From: Trueperaceae bacterium
GTDB lineage: Bacteria > Deinococcota > Deinococci > Deinococcales > Trueperaceae
Length of the DNA: 64,000 nucleotides
Reading direction: 5' to 3'
Assembly (NCBI GenBank): GCA_965214405.1
Contig: OZ243956.1
Coordinates: 960,001-1,024,000, forward strand
Position numbers and translations under genes: made by a program. The notes under the pieces are model-generated. The model saw only the letters and a program-made list of their open reading frames with translations. It was not told the DNA's origin and made no database searches. Below are positions 8,903-19,022 of this stretch, piece after piece; the stretch's first letter is position 1, and each line of letters opens with the position of its first letter.

Positions 8903-11900
8903 TCAAGCGGCACCCGCCGCCACCAACTCGCGCGCCTCCTCCCGCACCGTCTCCTCGACCATCTGCCACAAGAGGCGCGCTAAAACCTCGCCGCTCGCTA
9001 GGCTCAAAGAATTTTGGTCCCGAATTTCTTTCAGGGTGTTGTCATAGCGTTGCAGTAGCCGCGGGCGGGCCTCCAAAAACGCCTCCGGGGTCCTTTCGCC
9101 GCCCTCGCGCAGCGCCTCGTAGTAGCGGGTGGTGAGCCGCCGCTGCGCCTGCCGGAGGTCGGTGACGAGGCCGCCCAAGGCGATTTTTTCCCATTTGCTC
9201 TCGCTCGGTAAGGCCGCCACCTCGTCGCGCAGCCAGCCCAGACGGAGGCGGTCGCCGAGGGCGTAGAAGCGTCGGGCCGCCGCCTCGAGCGCCACAGACG
9301 CCTCCTTGCTCACGTCAATCACGCCCACGCCGCTCGGCAGGTAGTCGAGCGAAACGATGTCGGCGGCCAGTTCGGGCGGGATGCCCTGCGCCGCCACCTC
9401 CTGCGCCTGCGCCTCGAAATGCTCGCGTTCGCGCGGCGGCAACAGTTCGGGCAGCCCCGCCCGCAGCGTGGACAAGGGCTCGCGGTAGGCGGAAACAAAA
9501 TCGGCGACGGGCTCCGCCGAGAGGTCAGACAACAGAATCCAGTGGACGATGCCCTCCACCGACGCGATGAGCCGTTCCAGCGCCCCGTACTGCGCCTCGG
9601 CGGGCACAGTGTTGTCGAGCGCGAACACGCGCGCGATGAAGGGGTCCACCTCGAGCAGTTCCAGCGCCACCAGCGCCGCGCGGATCACCTCGACGGGGCT
9701 CGCGCCGGTGTCGCGGATGCTGCGGTGGACGAAGGTGATGCCCAAAAGGTCCACGACCTTATTGGTGAACTGCGTGGCGATGATTTCGCGCCGCAGCGGG
9801 TGCTCGTCGCGGATGGTCTCGGGGAAGCGTTCTTGCAGGGGTTCGGGGAAGTAGTCGAACAAGTAGCGCGCGAAGTGGCTCTCGTCGGGAAAGTTGGTTT
9901 CCAGAAGCCTGCGGTAGATGCCCATTTTGGTGTAGGCCAGCAAAATCGCCAGTTCGGGCCGCGTGAGCCCTTCTCCGGCTCGAGCGCGCTCATCATAGGT
10001 TTTGGGGCTCGGCAAAAACTCCACCGCGGGCTTGAGCGGTCCGCGCTCGGCTAAGTAATCTTGCAGCGACTCGAACAGCCCCAACTCGCTCTCGCTCCGC
10101 GCCTGCGCGAGGGACAAGCACAACGACTGCATATAGTTGTCTTTGAGAACAAGCGCGCTCACCTCGTCGGTCATCTCTTTTAACAGTTCGTTGCGCTCCT
10201 CGAACGAGAGCGCGCCGGAGGTGTAGAGCGGGCGCAAGAGGATTTTGATGTTGACCTCGTGGTCGCTCATGTCCACGCCGCCCGAGTTGTCGATGGCGTC
10301 GGTGTTGATGCGCCCACCCGCAAGCGCGTACTCGACGCGGGCGAGCTGGGTAAAGCCTAAGTTGCCCCCCTCACCCACCACCTTGGCGCGCAGTTCGTCC
10401 GCGTCCACGCGCACCGCGTCGTTGGTGGAGTCGCCCACCTCGGCGTGGCGCTCGGCGGAGCTTTTCACATAGGTGCCGATGCCGCCGTTCCAGAAGAGGT
10501 CGGCGGGCATCCTAAGAATGGCCTTGATGAGGTCTTGGCCCGAAAGCGCCTCCGCCTCTACCTCCAGCATCTCCCGGACGCTCTCGGACAGCGGGATGGA
10601 CTTAGCGAAGCGTGAGTAGACGCCGCCGCCTTTGCTGATAAGGCTCTTGTCGTAGTCTTCCCAGCTCGAGCGCGGCAGCGCGAAAAGCCTCTTGCGTTCC
10701 GCGTAGCTTTCCACCGGGTCGGGGTCGGGGTCCAGAAAGATGTGCTGGTGGTTGAAAGCCGCTTGCAGGCGCATCGTCTCGGTGTGGAGCATCCCGTTGC
10801 CGAACACGTCGCCCGACATGTCGCCGATGCCGTAAGCGGTGAAGGTCTCCTTGTGAACGTCCACGCCCAGTTCGCGGAAGTGGCGCTCCACGCAGACCCA
10901 CGCCCCGCGCGCGGTGATGCCCTCCGCCTTGTGGTCGTAGCCGTGCGAGCCGCCCGAAGCGAAAGCGTCGTCGAGCCAGAAGTCGTACTCGGCGGCGGTC
11001 TCGTTGGCTAAGTCTGAAAAGGTCGCGGTGCCCTTGTCGGCGGCCACCACCAGATAGGGGTCGGGGCCGTCGTAGATGACTAAGCCCTCGGGGTGGACCG
11101 TCTCACCTTCAACGATGTTGTCAGTCAGGTCCAAAAGCCCGCGGATAAAGGTCTGGTACTGCGCGCGTACAAAGCCACGCAAGGCCTCCCTATCGGCGGG
11201 CGGGTTTTTGAGGACGAAGCCGCCCTTCGAGCCCACGGGCACGATGACCGCGTTTTTGGTCATCTGCGTTTTCATGAGGCCCAAGACCTCGGTGCGAAAG
11301 TCGTCGGGACGGTCCGACCAGCGGATGCCGCCGCGCGCCACCTTGCCGCCGCGCAGGTGGATGCCCTCAACATGGGGGCTCGCCACGCCAATTTCAAAGA
11401 ACGGGCGCGGCTCGGGCATATTACTGACCTCGCCCGAGTCTATCTTGAACGAGATATAAGGCTTGTCAAGAAAGTAGTTTGTCCGCACCGTCGCCGCGAT
11501 GAGGTTGAAAAGCCCCCGCAACGCGCGGTCTTCGGGTAAAGAAGCCACGGTACTCAGGCTGTCCGAAAACTCGTCCTCGAGCCCCTCCAACACCTCCAAC
11601 CGTTCCTCTTGTGCCGGACTGAATTTAGCCTCAAAAAAGCGGACGAGCAGCCCCGCGATGGCCGGGTGCGCGAGCAGCGTGTCGTTGATAAAACGGCGGC
11701 TGGTGACCGCGTCGAGCTGCGAGAAGTGCATTTGGTAAGCGCGCAAAAAGGCCGTCTGCCTTAAGGTAAGGCCGCCGTAAAGGACCAAGCGGTTCAAACG
11801 GTCGTTCTCGGCCTCGCCCGCTAAAAGCGCCCGCAGCGCCTCCTCGAGCCGCGCCCCGTTCTTTTCAACGTCAACGGGCTCACCCGCGTCCGTCTGGACC

Positions 11901-13723
11901 CGGAAGATGTCGATGCCCCTTTCTCCTTCGGGAAACCCTGCGACGTGGGAGATTTGCTCGAGCACCCTAAAGCCCAAGTTCTCTAAGATCGGCAGCACGT
12001 CGGTGAGGACCAGAGAACGCTGATGGTGATAGATATTTAAGTGCGTGGCCTTTTGGTCGTCGCTCGGGTTGACGATGTCCACCCGGTAGGGAGCCTCCCC
12101 AAGCGCCTCTAAGTTTTTGATATCGCGCAAAGCCGTCTGGGGACTCGTGTCCGCCTTGTAACGCTCGTCGAGCGCGCGCCCGTAACGCTCAGTCAGCGCG
12201 TCTCCCGCCTCGCCTTGTGAGGTGCGCAGCGCGTCGCGCAGGTGGTCTTCCCAGGTGCGGGTGAGGTCGGTGACTTTGCGCTCCAACACTTTTAAGTCCA
12301 GATTGCGGTAGTCAAGCTCGGTGGTAAAGAAGAAGTGAAAGCGCACGCTCTCCTCGTCCTCGCCCATCGCAAGCTGATAGTCCACGTGCGAGGCGGAAAG
12401 CTCGTCGGTTAAGAACTTTTGGATGCTGCGCCGCACCTCCGAGTTAAAGCGGTCGCGCGGCATGATGACCATGACCGCGAGGCCGCGCGCGAGCGGGTCG
12501 GGCCGCACGGTGAGGCGCACCCGGCGCTCTTGCGCCTCGCCCATGACGGTGCGGATGTCCTCAAAAAGACGCCCTGAGTCCGCCCAAAAAAGTTCCTCGC
12601 GCGGGATGGAATTAAAAATCGACACGATTTGCTTGAAGTCGTGCGAGCCGGGCGGGGAGCCGTCGCGCTCCAAGACCTGCCGCAGCTTGCGCCGCAAGAT
12701 GGGGATTTCTTCGACGGGGGTTGACAGCGCCTTGGAGGTGAACAGCCCCACAAAGCGCCCCTCGCCCCGCACCTCCCAGTCCTCACCCATCTTTTTAATG
12801 CCGATATAGTCCATCCGCGCGGGGCGGTGGACGGTGGACTCGGCGTTGGTTTTGGTCACGGTCAGGACGCGCCCGCCCAGCACGCGCTCGCGCAGGCTCT
12901 CGGGGATGTCGGACAGGGCCACCGGCTCGTGGTAGGCGCTGCGCTCGAGCTTGCTCAAAATCCCTAAACCAGACTCCGGCGTGATTTGCAAATACGGATT
13001 TCCGTCATTCTTATGAACAATGTCGTAGCCCCGGTAGCCCAAGAACACGTAGTTGTCCGCGTCCAGCCAGTTCATAAAGGCGGCGTACTCCTCAAGCTCT
13101 TCCGCCCGCTCCTCTTTGCCCTCTCCCACGCTCCGCTCGCGCAAACCGTCCAGATAGTCATGCAGGTCGTGCGCTTTATGACGCATCTTTTTGTAGTCGC
13201 CCGTCGCCAGAAGGACGTCTTGCAACACCCCGCGCACGGACTCCTCCAATGCCTGCCGCTCCTCGGCGTCGTTGATGCGCCCGATCAGGTAAAGCTCGTA
13301 CGCTTCAAGGGCACCCTCGCCGCCTTTTTGCGCCACCCCTGTAACGCGCCCCGCCGCGTCGCGTTTGGCGCTCAGGATGGGGTGGATAAAGTGGTAGAGC
13401 TTGTGGTCCCGGCGGCGCAGCTCGGCACGCACCGAGTCCACGATAAAGGGGCGGTCTTCGAGGGTGAGCTCGAGCGCCGTGTAGGGGCTTTTCCAGCCGT
13501 TCTCCTCTAAGGTCGGGTTGTAAACCCGAACGCGCACCTCCCCAGGTTCTATAAAGCGAAGCGCCCCGACCGCCGCCGCCATAAGCGTTTCGGGCTCGAA
13601 CTCGCTCAAAAACTCCCGGCTCGCCTTGTTAAAGATGAGCTCCGCGAACTCTTTCAGGAGCCCCTTCTCGGCCCCGTCCGTCACGTCTATTCGTCTTTGC
13701 AACTGCTTCAAAGTTACTGACAT
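8903..13723 (-). CDS. gdh: Large NAD-specific glutamate dehydrogenase (about 1600 aa)
   Basis: ARGGIRWSDR, KNAVIVPVGSKGGF, YLVVAADKGTA, GYDHKAEGITARGAW and SDHEVNIKI. Start moved to MSVT after a purine-rich RBS. Confidence 0.95.
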   Translation of the reverse strand: MSVTLKQLQRRIDVTDGAEKGLLKEFAELIFNKASREFLSEFEPETLMAAAVGALRFIEPGEVRVRVYNPTLEENGWKSPYTALELTLEDRPFIVDSVRAELRRRDHKLYHFIHPILSAKRDAAGRVTGVAQKGGEGALEAYELYLIGRINDAEERQALEESVRGVLQDVLLATGDYKKMRHKAHDLHDYLDGLRERSVGEGKEERAEELEEYAAFMNWLDADNYVFLGYRGYDIVHKNDGNPYLQITPESGLGILSKLERSAYHEPVALSDIPESLRERVLGGRVLTVTKTNAESTVHRPARMDYIGIKKMGEDWEVRGEGRFVGLFTSKALSTPVEEIPILRRKLRQVLERDGSPPGSHDFKQIVSIFNSIPREELFWADSGRLFEDIRTVMGEAQERRVRLTVRPDPLARGLAVMVIMPRDRFNSEVRRSIQKFLTDELSASHVDYQLAMGEDEESVRFHFFFTTELDYRNLDLKVLERKVTDLTRTWEDHLRDALRTSQGEAGDALTERYGRALDERYKADTSPQTALRDIKNLEALGEAPYRVDIVNPSDDQKATHLNIYHHQRSLVLTDVLPILENLGFRVLEQISHVAGFPEGERGIDIFRVQTDAGEPVDVEKNGARLEEALRALLAGEAENDRLNRLVLYGGLTLRQTAFLRAYQMHFSQLDAVTSRRFINDTLLAHPAIAGLLVRFFEAKFSPAQEERLEVLEGLEDEFSDSLSTVASLPEDRALRGLFNLIAATVRTNYFLDKPYISFKIDSGEVSNMPEPRPFFEIGVASPHVEGIHLRGGKVARGGIRWSDRPDDFRTEVLGLMKTQMTKNAVIVPVGSKGGFVLKNPPADREALRGFVRAQYQTFIRGLLDLTDNIVEGETVHPEGLVIYDGPDPYLVVAADKGTATFSDLANETAAEYDFWLDDAFASGGSHGYDHKAEGITARGAWVCVERHFRELGVDVHKETFTAYGIGDMSGDVFGNGMLHTETMRLQAAFNHQHIFLDPDPDPVESYAERKRLFALPRSSWEDYDKSLISKGGGVYSRFAKSIPLSESVREMLEVEAEALSGQDLIKAILRMPADLFWNGGIGTYVKSSAERHAEVGDSTNDAVRVDADELRAKVVGEGGNLGFTQLARVEYALAGGRINTDAIDNSGGVDMSDHEVNIKILLRPLYTSGALSFEERNELLKEMTDEVSALVLKDNYMQSLCLSLAQARSESELGLFESLQDYLAERGPLKPAVEFLPSPKTYDERARAGEGLTRPELAILLAYTKMGIYRRLLETNFPDESHFARYLFDYFPEPLQERFPETIRDEHPLRREIIATQFTNKVVDLLGITFVHRSIRDTGASPVEVIRAALVALELLEVDPFIARVFALDNTVPAEAQYGALERLIASVEGIVHWILLSDLSAEPVADFVSAYREPLSTLRAGLPELLPPREREHFEAQAQEVAAQGIPPELAADIVSLDYLPSGVGVIDVSKEASVALEAAARRFYALGDRLRLGWLRDEVAALPSESKWEKIALGGLVTDLRQAQRRLTTRYYEALREGGERTPEAFLEARPRLLQRYDNTLKEIRDQNSLSLASGEVLARLLWQMVEETVREEARELVAAGAA

Positions 13724-14005
13724 CGCTCCCCTTCTCCAACACTCTGGCCTGCTCCCCGCTGCCCTGTGAAATTTACACTGTGGGAAGCAAACTCCAAAAT
13801 AAGCTCTATGCGTGAGAGTATACATAAAAGCGATGAGCTTTTCTGTGGGATGTGGCGATTTTTACAACACAGGCATGGTCGAAGCGCGTTTCACTCCAAG
13901 GGTGTTGATGCGAAAAGCGCCTTAGAGGCTTGAACTTACCTGCTGTCTATCAAGTGAAGTCCCCCGTAGGGGACGGCAGAATCAGAAAGCTCAAAAAATG
14001 TAACA

Positions 14006-14626
14006 ATGTTCTTCATGAATGATCCCTATGATCGAAACGAAATTCGCCCTGACCGCATCAACATCATTAAGCAGGATGGTCAAAGAGTGGAAAATATCCG
14101 CGCAGGGGTCCAAGGCAACGTTATTGATGTGGGCGATGTGCAACCGCGCATTCAAGATGGCGATACTATAGAGAGGGTGTTTCCAGATGGCTTTATCGAA
14201 GAGTACCTCGTTCTCGACAGCGGGTATAAAAGCCCAATAAGAGGACATTTGCCAGGTCGGTATAAAGCTAGAGTAGAAAAGAAAACGTCAATCAAAAGTA
14301 AATCGGAAGCAAGGGTTGTATACAATCTTGGGGACGTCATGATTAGCGGCCCTAACGCCCGCTTTAATCTAAACTCACAAGATACGTCGGCCAACATCAT
14401 CAATCTCAGCCCCAACGAGCTTTTTCAGCGGCTAAATGACATGATAGCAAGCGAGGTTGAGGATAGCGAAAAACGTTCAAAACTTCAAAGCCACGTTGCA
14501 GAAATGAGGGAAGCGCAGGGTACTCCGAACTTCAAGGAGAGATACAAGGCGTTCATCGCTGTTGCAGCCGACCACCTGTCGCTACTTTCACCTTTTATTC
14601 CAGCATTGACTCAGCTCATTCAATAG
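14006..14626 (+). CDS. Hypothetical protein, lower GC than its neighbours
   Basis: 206-aa ORF with AT-rich codons and no recognised catalytic motif. Confidence 0.75.
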   Translation: MFFMNDPYDRNEIRPDRINIIKQDGQRVENIRAGVQGNVIDVGDVQPRIQDGDTIERVFPDGFIEEYLVLDSGYKSPIRGHLPGRYKARVEKKTSIKSKSEARVVYNLGDVMISGPNARFNLNSQDTSANIINLSPNELFQRLNDMIASEVEDSEKRSKLQSHVAEMREAQGTPNFKERYKAFIAVAADHLSLLSPFIPALTQLIQ

Positions 14627-14704
14627 ACGTAGGCAGAAACGGAAACGTGGCGCACGTGACGTCGCGTATCCCCTCTAAAAGAAATTTGCACGTATACTGA
14701 GCGC

Positions 14705-15259
14705 ATGTATTTATTCGTTGCTGCGCTGCTCGTGGTGGCCGACCAACTGAGCAAGCTTTGGATAGTCAACACTTATCCTCTTAATGGTCCAGGACAATAT
14801 CTTGGGCTGGGCTTTTACTTTACGTACGTGAGAAACACGGGTGCCGCCTTTGGCATCTTCCAAAACAACACGCTCGTGCTGGGCATACTTTCTGCAATTG
14901 TGTCCGTCTTGCTCGCGGTTTACTTATGGCGGCGCGCACGCACGACGCCGCCGCTCCAGAACTGGGCCTTGACGCTTATTTTGGCGGGGGCCTTTGGCAA
15001 CATGATTGACCGCTTCTGGTTGGGCTACGTGCGCGACTTTATTCACTTTCAGATTCCGTCGTTTAACTTCGCAGTTTTTAACATTGCCGACTCTTGTGTG
15101 GTCACCGGCGCGGGTTTGCTGCTGCTCTCGAGCTTTTTTATACGAGAACGCCCCGCCCCCCGCCCGCTGGAAACGCCCGCGCCAGAATCAACCGTTGAGA
15201 CGTATCCCCGCTCGGACTTAGACGCCACGCTCGAGACCGAAACGAACGGCCGACCCTAA
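14705..15259 (+). CDS. lspA: Lipoprotein signal peptidase II
   Basis: DQLSK, NTGAAFG, GNMIDR and FNIAD motifs. TATACT lies 6 nt before the ATG. Confidence 0.95.
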   Translation: MYLFVAALLVVADQLSKLWIVNTYPLNGPGQYLGLGFYFTYVRNTGAAFGIFQNNTLVLGILSAIVSVLLAVYLWRRARTTPPLQNWALTLILAGAFGNMIDRFWLGYVRDFIHFQIPSFNFAVFNIADSCVVTGAGLLLLSSFFIRERPAPRPLETPAPESTVETYPRSDLDATLETETNGRP

Positions 15260-16089
15260 CGCGTCAGCCACAAAAAGCGCGCCCGACCAACCAGGTCACT
15301 CTCCAAACGCCGCTGCGCCCACCGCTCGCTAGAAGAGAACGCGGTGGGCGCGTTGCGTGGGTCTAGCTCGAGTATCATCGCAGAACCTTTTGATAAAAGG
15401 TCAAAGGCTTGAGTCTCGAGCCGCCGGAAATGCGCCAACCCATCCCGCCCCGAAAAGAGCGCACCAGGCGGGTCCGCCCGGACCTCCGGGCTCAGCTCGT
15501 CCCCCTCGGGCAGATACGGCGGGTTTGACACGAGCACATGGGCGCTCTCTGCGAATGTGCTTACATCGGGATGCTCGAGCAAATCAGCCTGTACAAAGCG
15601 AACACCCAGCCCCAAGCGCCGCGCGTTCTCCTGCGCCACGTCCAACGCTTCCGCCGAAACGTCCGTCGCCACGACCTCCGCGTCCGGGCGTTCCTGCTTG
15701 ATGGCGAGGGCCACCACGCCGCTACCCGTACCGACGTCGAGCACCTTGGGCTGGGGGATGTCGCGCAACGCTTCCAAAGAGAGTTCGACCAATCTTTCTG
15801 TTTCGGGGCGCGGGATGAGCACGGCGGGCGTCACCTTTAACTCTAAGCCGTAAAAAGGTGCTATCCCCAGAATGTGCTGCAAGGGCTCGCGGCGGGTGCG
15901 GCGCTCGAGCCGCCCCTCAAACGCCGCTTCTTCTTCGGGAGTAAGGACGCGGGAACCCCCCAAGAGAAGTTCGGTTCGCGAGAGGCCGAGAAGGTGTGAG
16001 AGGAGGACTCGAGCCTCGACCCCCGCGCTTTCGACGCCCGCCGCTGTTAGCCGACGCTCAGCGTTCCCCAACGCCTCAGCGAGGGTCAT
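15256..16089 (-). CDS. prmC: Release factor glutamine methyltransferase
   Basis: EPLQHILG, LIPRPETE, LDVGTGSG and SNPPY. Confidence 0.95.
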   Translation of the reverse strand: MTLAEALGNAERRLTAAGVESAGVEARVLLSHLLGLSRTELLLGGSRVLTPEEEAAFEGRLERRTRREPLQHILGIAPFYGLELKVTPAVLIPRPETERLVELSLEALRDIPQPKVLDVGTGSGVVALAIKQERPDAEVVATDVSAEALDVAQENARRLGLGVRFVQADLLEHPDVSTFAESAHVLVSNPPYLPEGDELSPEVRADPPGALFSGRDGLAHFRRLETQAFDLLSKGSAMILELDPRNAPTAFSSSERWAQRRLESDLVGRARFLWLTR

Positions 16090-16557
16090 CTAGTCGTGGT
16101 GGATGAGGTGCGTAGGAGTGTGAGGGGGCTCGAGCAACCCTTTTTTAAGAAAGCTCGGGTAGAGGGCGAGCGTGCAGAGTTCGTCAAGCGGAAACCGGCG
16201 GAAGATGAGTTTAAGGTCTCCCTCTTGTCCCATAAATTCTTCTGCCCCGTAGAGTGAGGAAGCCTCGAGAAAATCCATCAGGAAGTAGAGCGACAGCTCG
16301 TGATAGTCGGTTTCGTCATGGCGAAAAAAGTTTTCCACAACCCAAAGCAGCCTCCTTACCTCGACGTCCGCCGCCAACTCCTCCCGCATCTCTCGCTTTA
16401 GGGTGTTGGGGGAGGGCTCGAGCAGTTCGCCGCGGCCTCCCGGTAGCGCCCAAAAATCGTCCCGCTCGCTCCTGTGCAGGAGTACATGCTCGTTATGAAG
16501 CGCCACGCCGACGACGCGGTGGTTGAAGCGTTTGCCGTTTTTAGCGAAGTTAATCAC
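16090..16557 (-). CDS. NUDIX hydrolase
   Basis: PGGRGELLEPSPNTLKREMREEL Nudix box and LWVVENFF...HEL. GTG start lies just after the upstream stop. Confidence 0.85.
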   Translation of the reverse strand: MINFAKNGKRFNHRVVGVALHNEHVLLHRSERDDFWALPGGRGELLEPSPNTLKREMREELAADVEVRRLLWVVENFFRHDETDYHELSLYFLMDFLEASSLYGAEEFMGQEGDLKLIFRRFPLDELCTLALYPSFLKKGLLEPPHTPTHLIHHD

Positions 16558-16558
16558 G

Positions 16559-17554
16559 CTAGTAAAATACCGTACGCGTCCGGTGACGCGGTACGGCCTT
16601 GTATTTTGGCTCCTGCCCACGGTTCCACAACAAAAAGTCGAGTTCTTGCGCCGTCACGTCCCTACCCGCCTCTCTAAGCGCCTCGACCATCCCTTCGACT
16701 GCGTGGAGCGCCACCGCGCGAATCTCGACCTCTTCGGGTGAGCCCGCCGCGATGAGTTTGCCCGCGTCAATCCGCGCGGCGAGCGAGGCGTCGTAATCTA
16801 ACACCCCATCCACGCGCAGCACGTGCGGCACCAGGTTGTCGGCAAAAATGGTGAGGCGGCGTAAGTCGGCAAAGCGGCCGTAACCCTGACCCTCAAAAGC
16901 TAGCGACAAGTCGGAGGCGCTGATTTGGGCGCGCTTGTAGAGGGGCACATCAAGCTCACCTCCCAACCTGTCTCCCACAGTTGGATAGGTCGCCACGTCC
17001 TGAAAATACGGCATGTCGGCGAGGAGTGTGCAAAGGCGTTCAGCCGACCCCTGCGCCGCTTCGATAAGGGTGACGAACGAACCCCCGTAACGCGTCAAAA
17101 GCAGCGCGCCGAGATCATTAAGCGCTTTGGCAAAAAGGTTCATGAGTTCGGCGCGCACAGGGTCCTGCACATCCTGACCAAACATCGCGGCGCAGTCTTC
17201 CACCGTGAGGCCCCTCAGCGCCGCCGCCGAGAGCGGGCCGCGAGCGTTAAAACGGTCCTTGAGATGTGACACCACCGTAAAGTATCCCGACATGCCGGGG
17301 CGCTTGAGGAGGTGCGGGAAGTAGCCCGAGCCAAAGTTGACCGCGTCGAGCGTGAGCACGTACGCGGCGGTCGCGTCGGGTGGGCCGAGGTAGTGGTGGA
17401 CGGGGTCGTAGCTGGGGCGAGTGGGCTCGAGCCTCCACTCCCCCACATAAGCAAGAAGCGCCTCATGGTTGATGCGGACGTACCTCGCCCGCTCCGCCAC
17501 CTTTTTGCACGCGCTTCGGACGCTTTCAAAAAGGCTCAAAGGCTGTTTCCCCAA
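16559..17554 (-). CDS. Queuosine salvage family protein (DUF2419/QNG1-like)
   Basis: LDAVNFGSG, YKRAQI, LTIFADNLVPHVLR, EVEIRA, LDFLLW and the C-terminal HRTRTVFY. Confidence 0.88.
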   Translation of the reverse strand: MGKQPLSLFESVRSACKKVAERARYVRINHEALLAYVGEWRLEPTRPSYDPVHHYLGPPDATAAYVLTLDAVNFGSGYFPHLLKRPGMSGYFTVVSHLKDRFNARGPLSAAALRGLTVEDCAAMFGQDVQDPVRAELMNLFAKALNDLGALLLTRYGGSFVTLIEAAQGSAERLCTLLADMPYFQDVATYPTVGDRLGGELDVPLYKRAQISASDLSLAFEGQGYGRFADLRRLTIFADNLVPHVLRVDGVLDYDASLAARIDAGKLIAAGSPEEVEIRAVALHAVEGMVEALREAGRDVTAQELDFLLWNRGQEPKYKAVPRHRTRTVFY

Positions 17555-17685
17555 CCATTAAACCGTCTGGGTCTGTTTTTTTGAATTTTGCAAGAAGAGT
17601 ACGTCACACCCCAGTTTAACGACCTGGGGGAGAAAAACGTACGCGGCACCGAAGCGCCGCGTAGTCGTTCAAACGTTTAGAAAGC

Positions 17686-18852
17686 CTAGAAGCGGAAAAT
17701 AGCCGCGGCCATGCTCTCGCCCGGCACGTCGCCCGGCGCGACCGCGTAGACGACGCCGCCGTTGAGGAGCGTTTGCACCGCGACGAAGTCGAGCAGGTCC
17801 TCGTCGCCCTTTTCCTCTTCACCGTGAAACTCAGCCTGACGCGCTTCCTCGTCGTAGCGGCCCCAGCGCTGCGCGCCGACCGCCACAAAGAGGGTTTCGA
17901 TGCGCGCGTCCGTCGAGGCGGGCAGGAGTTCTTGCAGGTCGCTCGAGCCCAAATCTTTCGCCAACGCCTCTTCCAAGCGCCCCCTGGCCTTCTCCTGCTT
18001 TTTGTGAAAGTGAGGCTGCACGGTTTCCCAAGCGCGCTCGCGCACCTCGTCGGGGCTCAAGCGGTCGGGGTCATGCGAGACCGCCTCGCCTAACAAGTGC
18101 GTATAGTGGTTGGCCTCTTTGTAGAGCGGAAAAAGGTAATCGACGCCCATAAACACGAGCGGCACGCCCTGCGACACGGCGTTGCCGAGCGCTTCCCTAA
18201 CGCCGTTGTCGAGCTTGCGGAAAAAGCGCAGGATTTTCATCTTGCGGTCGTCAGCCTCCGCGCCCGTGCCGTGAAAGGCGGCGTCCGCGCGTCCGGGCGC
18301 GCCCGACGTGGTCGAGACGGTGTGCTGCTGCAACGACTCCTCGGGGTCGTCGTATTTGAGCGCCTCGTCTAGGCTCGTGGGCGTCTCTTCTAAATCCATC
18401 TCGCCGATGTTGTCGCGGCTCGCCTCGAAGAGGCGCGTGTTGCCTAAATTCGCCGCCAACACATAGAAGCGCCCGTCGTCGGTCAGGAGCGGCAGGAGCG
18501 GCTTGAGGTGAAAGCGGTCGGACACCGTCACGAGCTCGTCAAAGGCGCGCGGCGTCCGGTAGCGGTAGGTTTCGCCCTCGGCCAAAAACATCGCCAGACC
18601 CGCCCTCTGGTGCTGCCAGAAATTGTTATCTTCGACCAGGCGGGTGGCGGGCTCGAGCAGCGCCTGCGCCGCCTTGGGGTCGGTCCCCCTGTTGGCGAGC
18701 AGCCGCTCGGCCTCTCTCGTGGCATTTTTGAAGCGGATGCGGTTTTCGCGCGTGTCCGCGCCCGCCTGGTGCGTGGGGATAAAAATCGACACCGCCGCCT
18801 TCTCACGGCGTCCGCTAAGCGTTTTAAGGTCTTCTTTGGAGATGACACTCAT
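17686..18852 (-). CDS. Bacterial archaeo-eukaryotic release factor homologue (baeRF7-like)
   Basis: VSIFIPTH, RIRFKN, FHLKPLLPLL, FHGTG loop and C-terminal 'TLLNGGVVY...AAIFRF'. GGAGG RBS. Confidence 0.8.
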   Translation of the reverse strand: MSVISKEDLKTLSGRREKAAVSIFIPTHQAGADTRENRIRFKNATREAERLLANRGTDPKAAQALLEPATRLVEDNNFWQHQRAGLAMFLAEGETYRYRTPRAFDELVTVSDRFHLKPLLPLLTDDGRFYVLAANLGNTRLFEASRDNIGEMDLEETPTSLDEALKYDDPEESLQQHTVSTTSGAPGRADAAFHGTGAEADDRKMKILRFFRKLDNGVREALGNAVSQGVPLVFMGVDYLFPLYKEANHYTHLLGEAVSHDPDRLSPDEVRERAWETVQPHFHKKQEKARGRLEEALAKDLGSSDLQELLPASTDARIETLFVAVGAQRWGRYDEEARQAEFHGEEEKGDEDLLDFVAVQTLLNGGVVYAVAPGDVPGESMAAAIFRF

Positions 18853-19022
18853 GTTTGCCTCCCTTTTGTTCAGCATGTTTACCCGGCACGGGGAAAGATA
18901 ATCTCGACTTAGGGTTACATGTTCCGCGGACACGGACCGTAACGTGATTACAAGAATTTAGAGCGCCACAACGCGCTCATCAACGTGCTTATCTTCTTTC
19001 GGGCGTCCAATCCCAAAAAACG

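Noticed and set aside
13764..13780. Rex-like operator upstream of gdh
   Set aside because: Only one good half-site, and the spacing does not fit.
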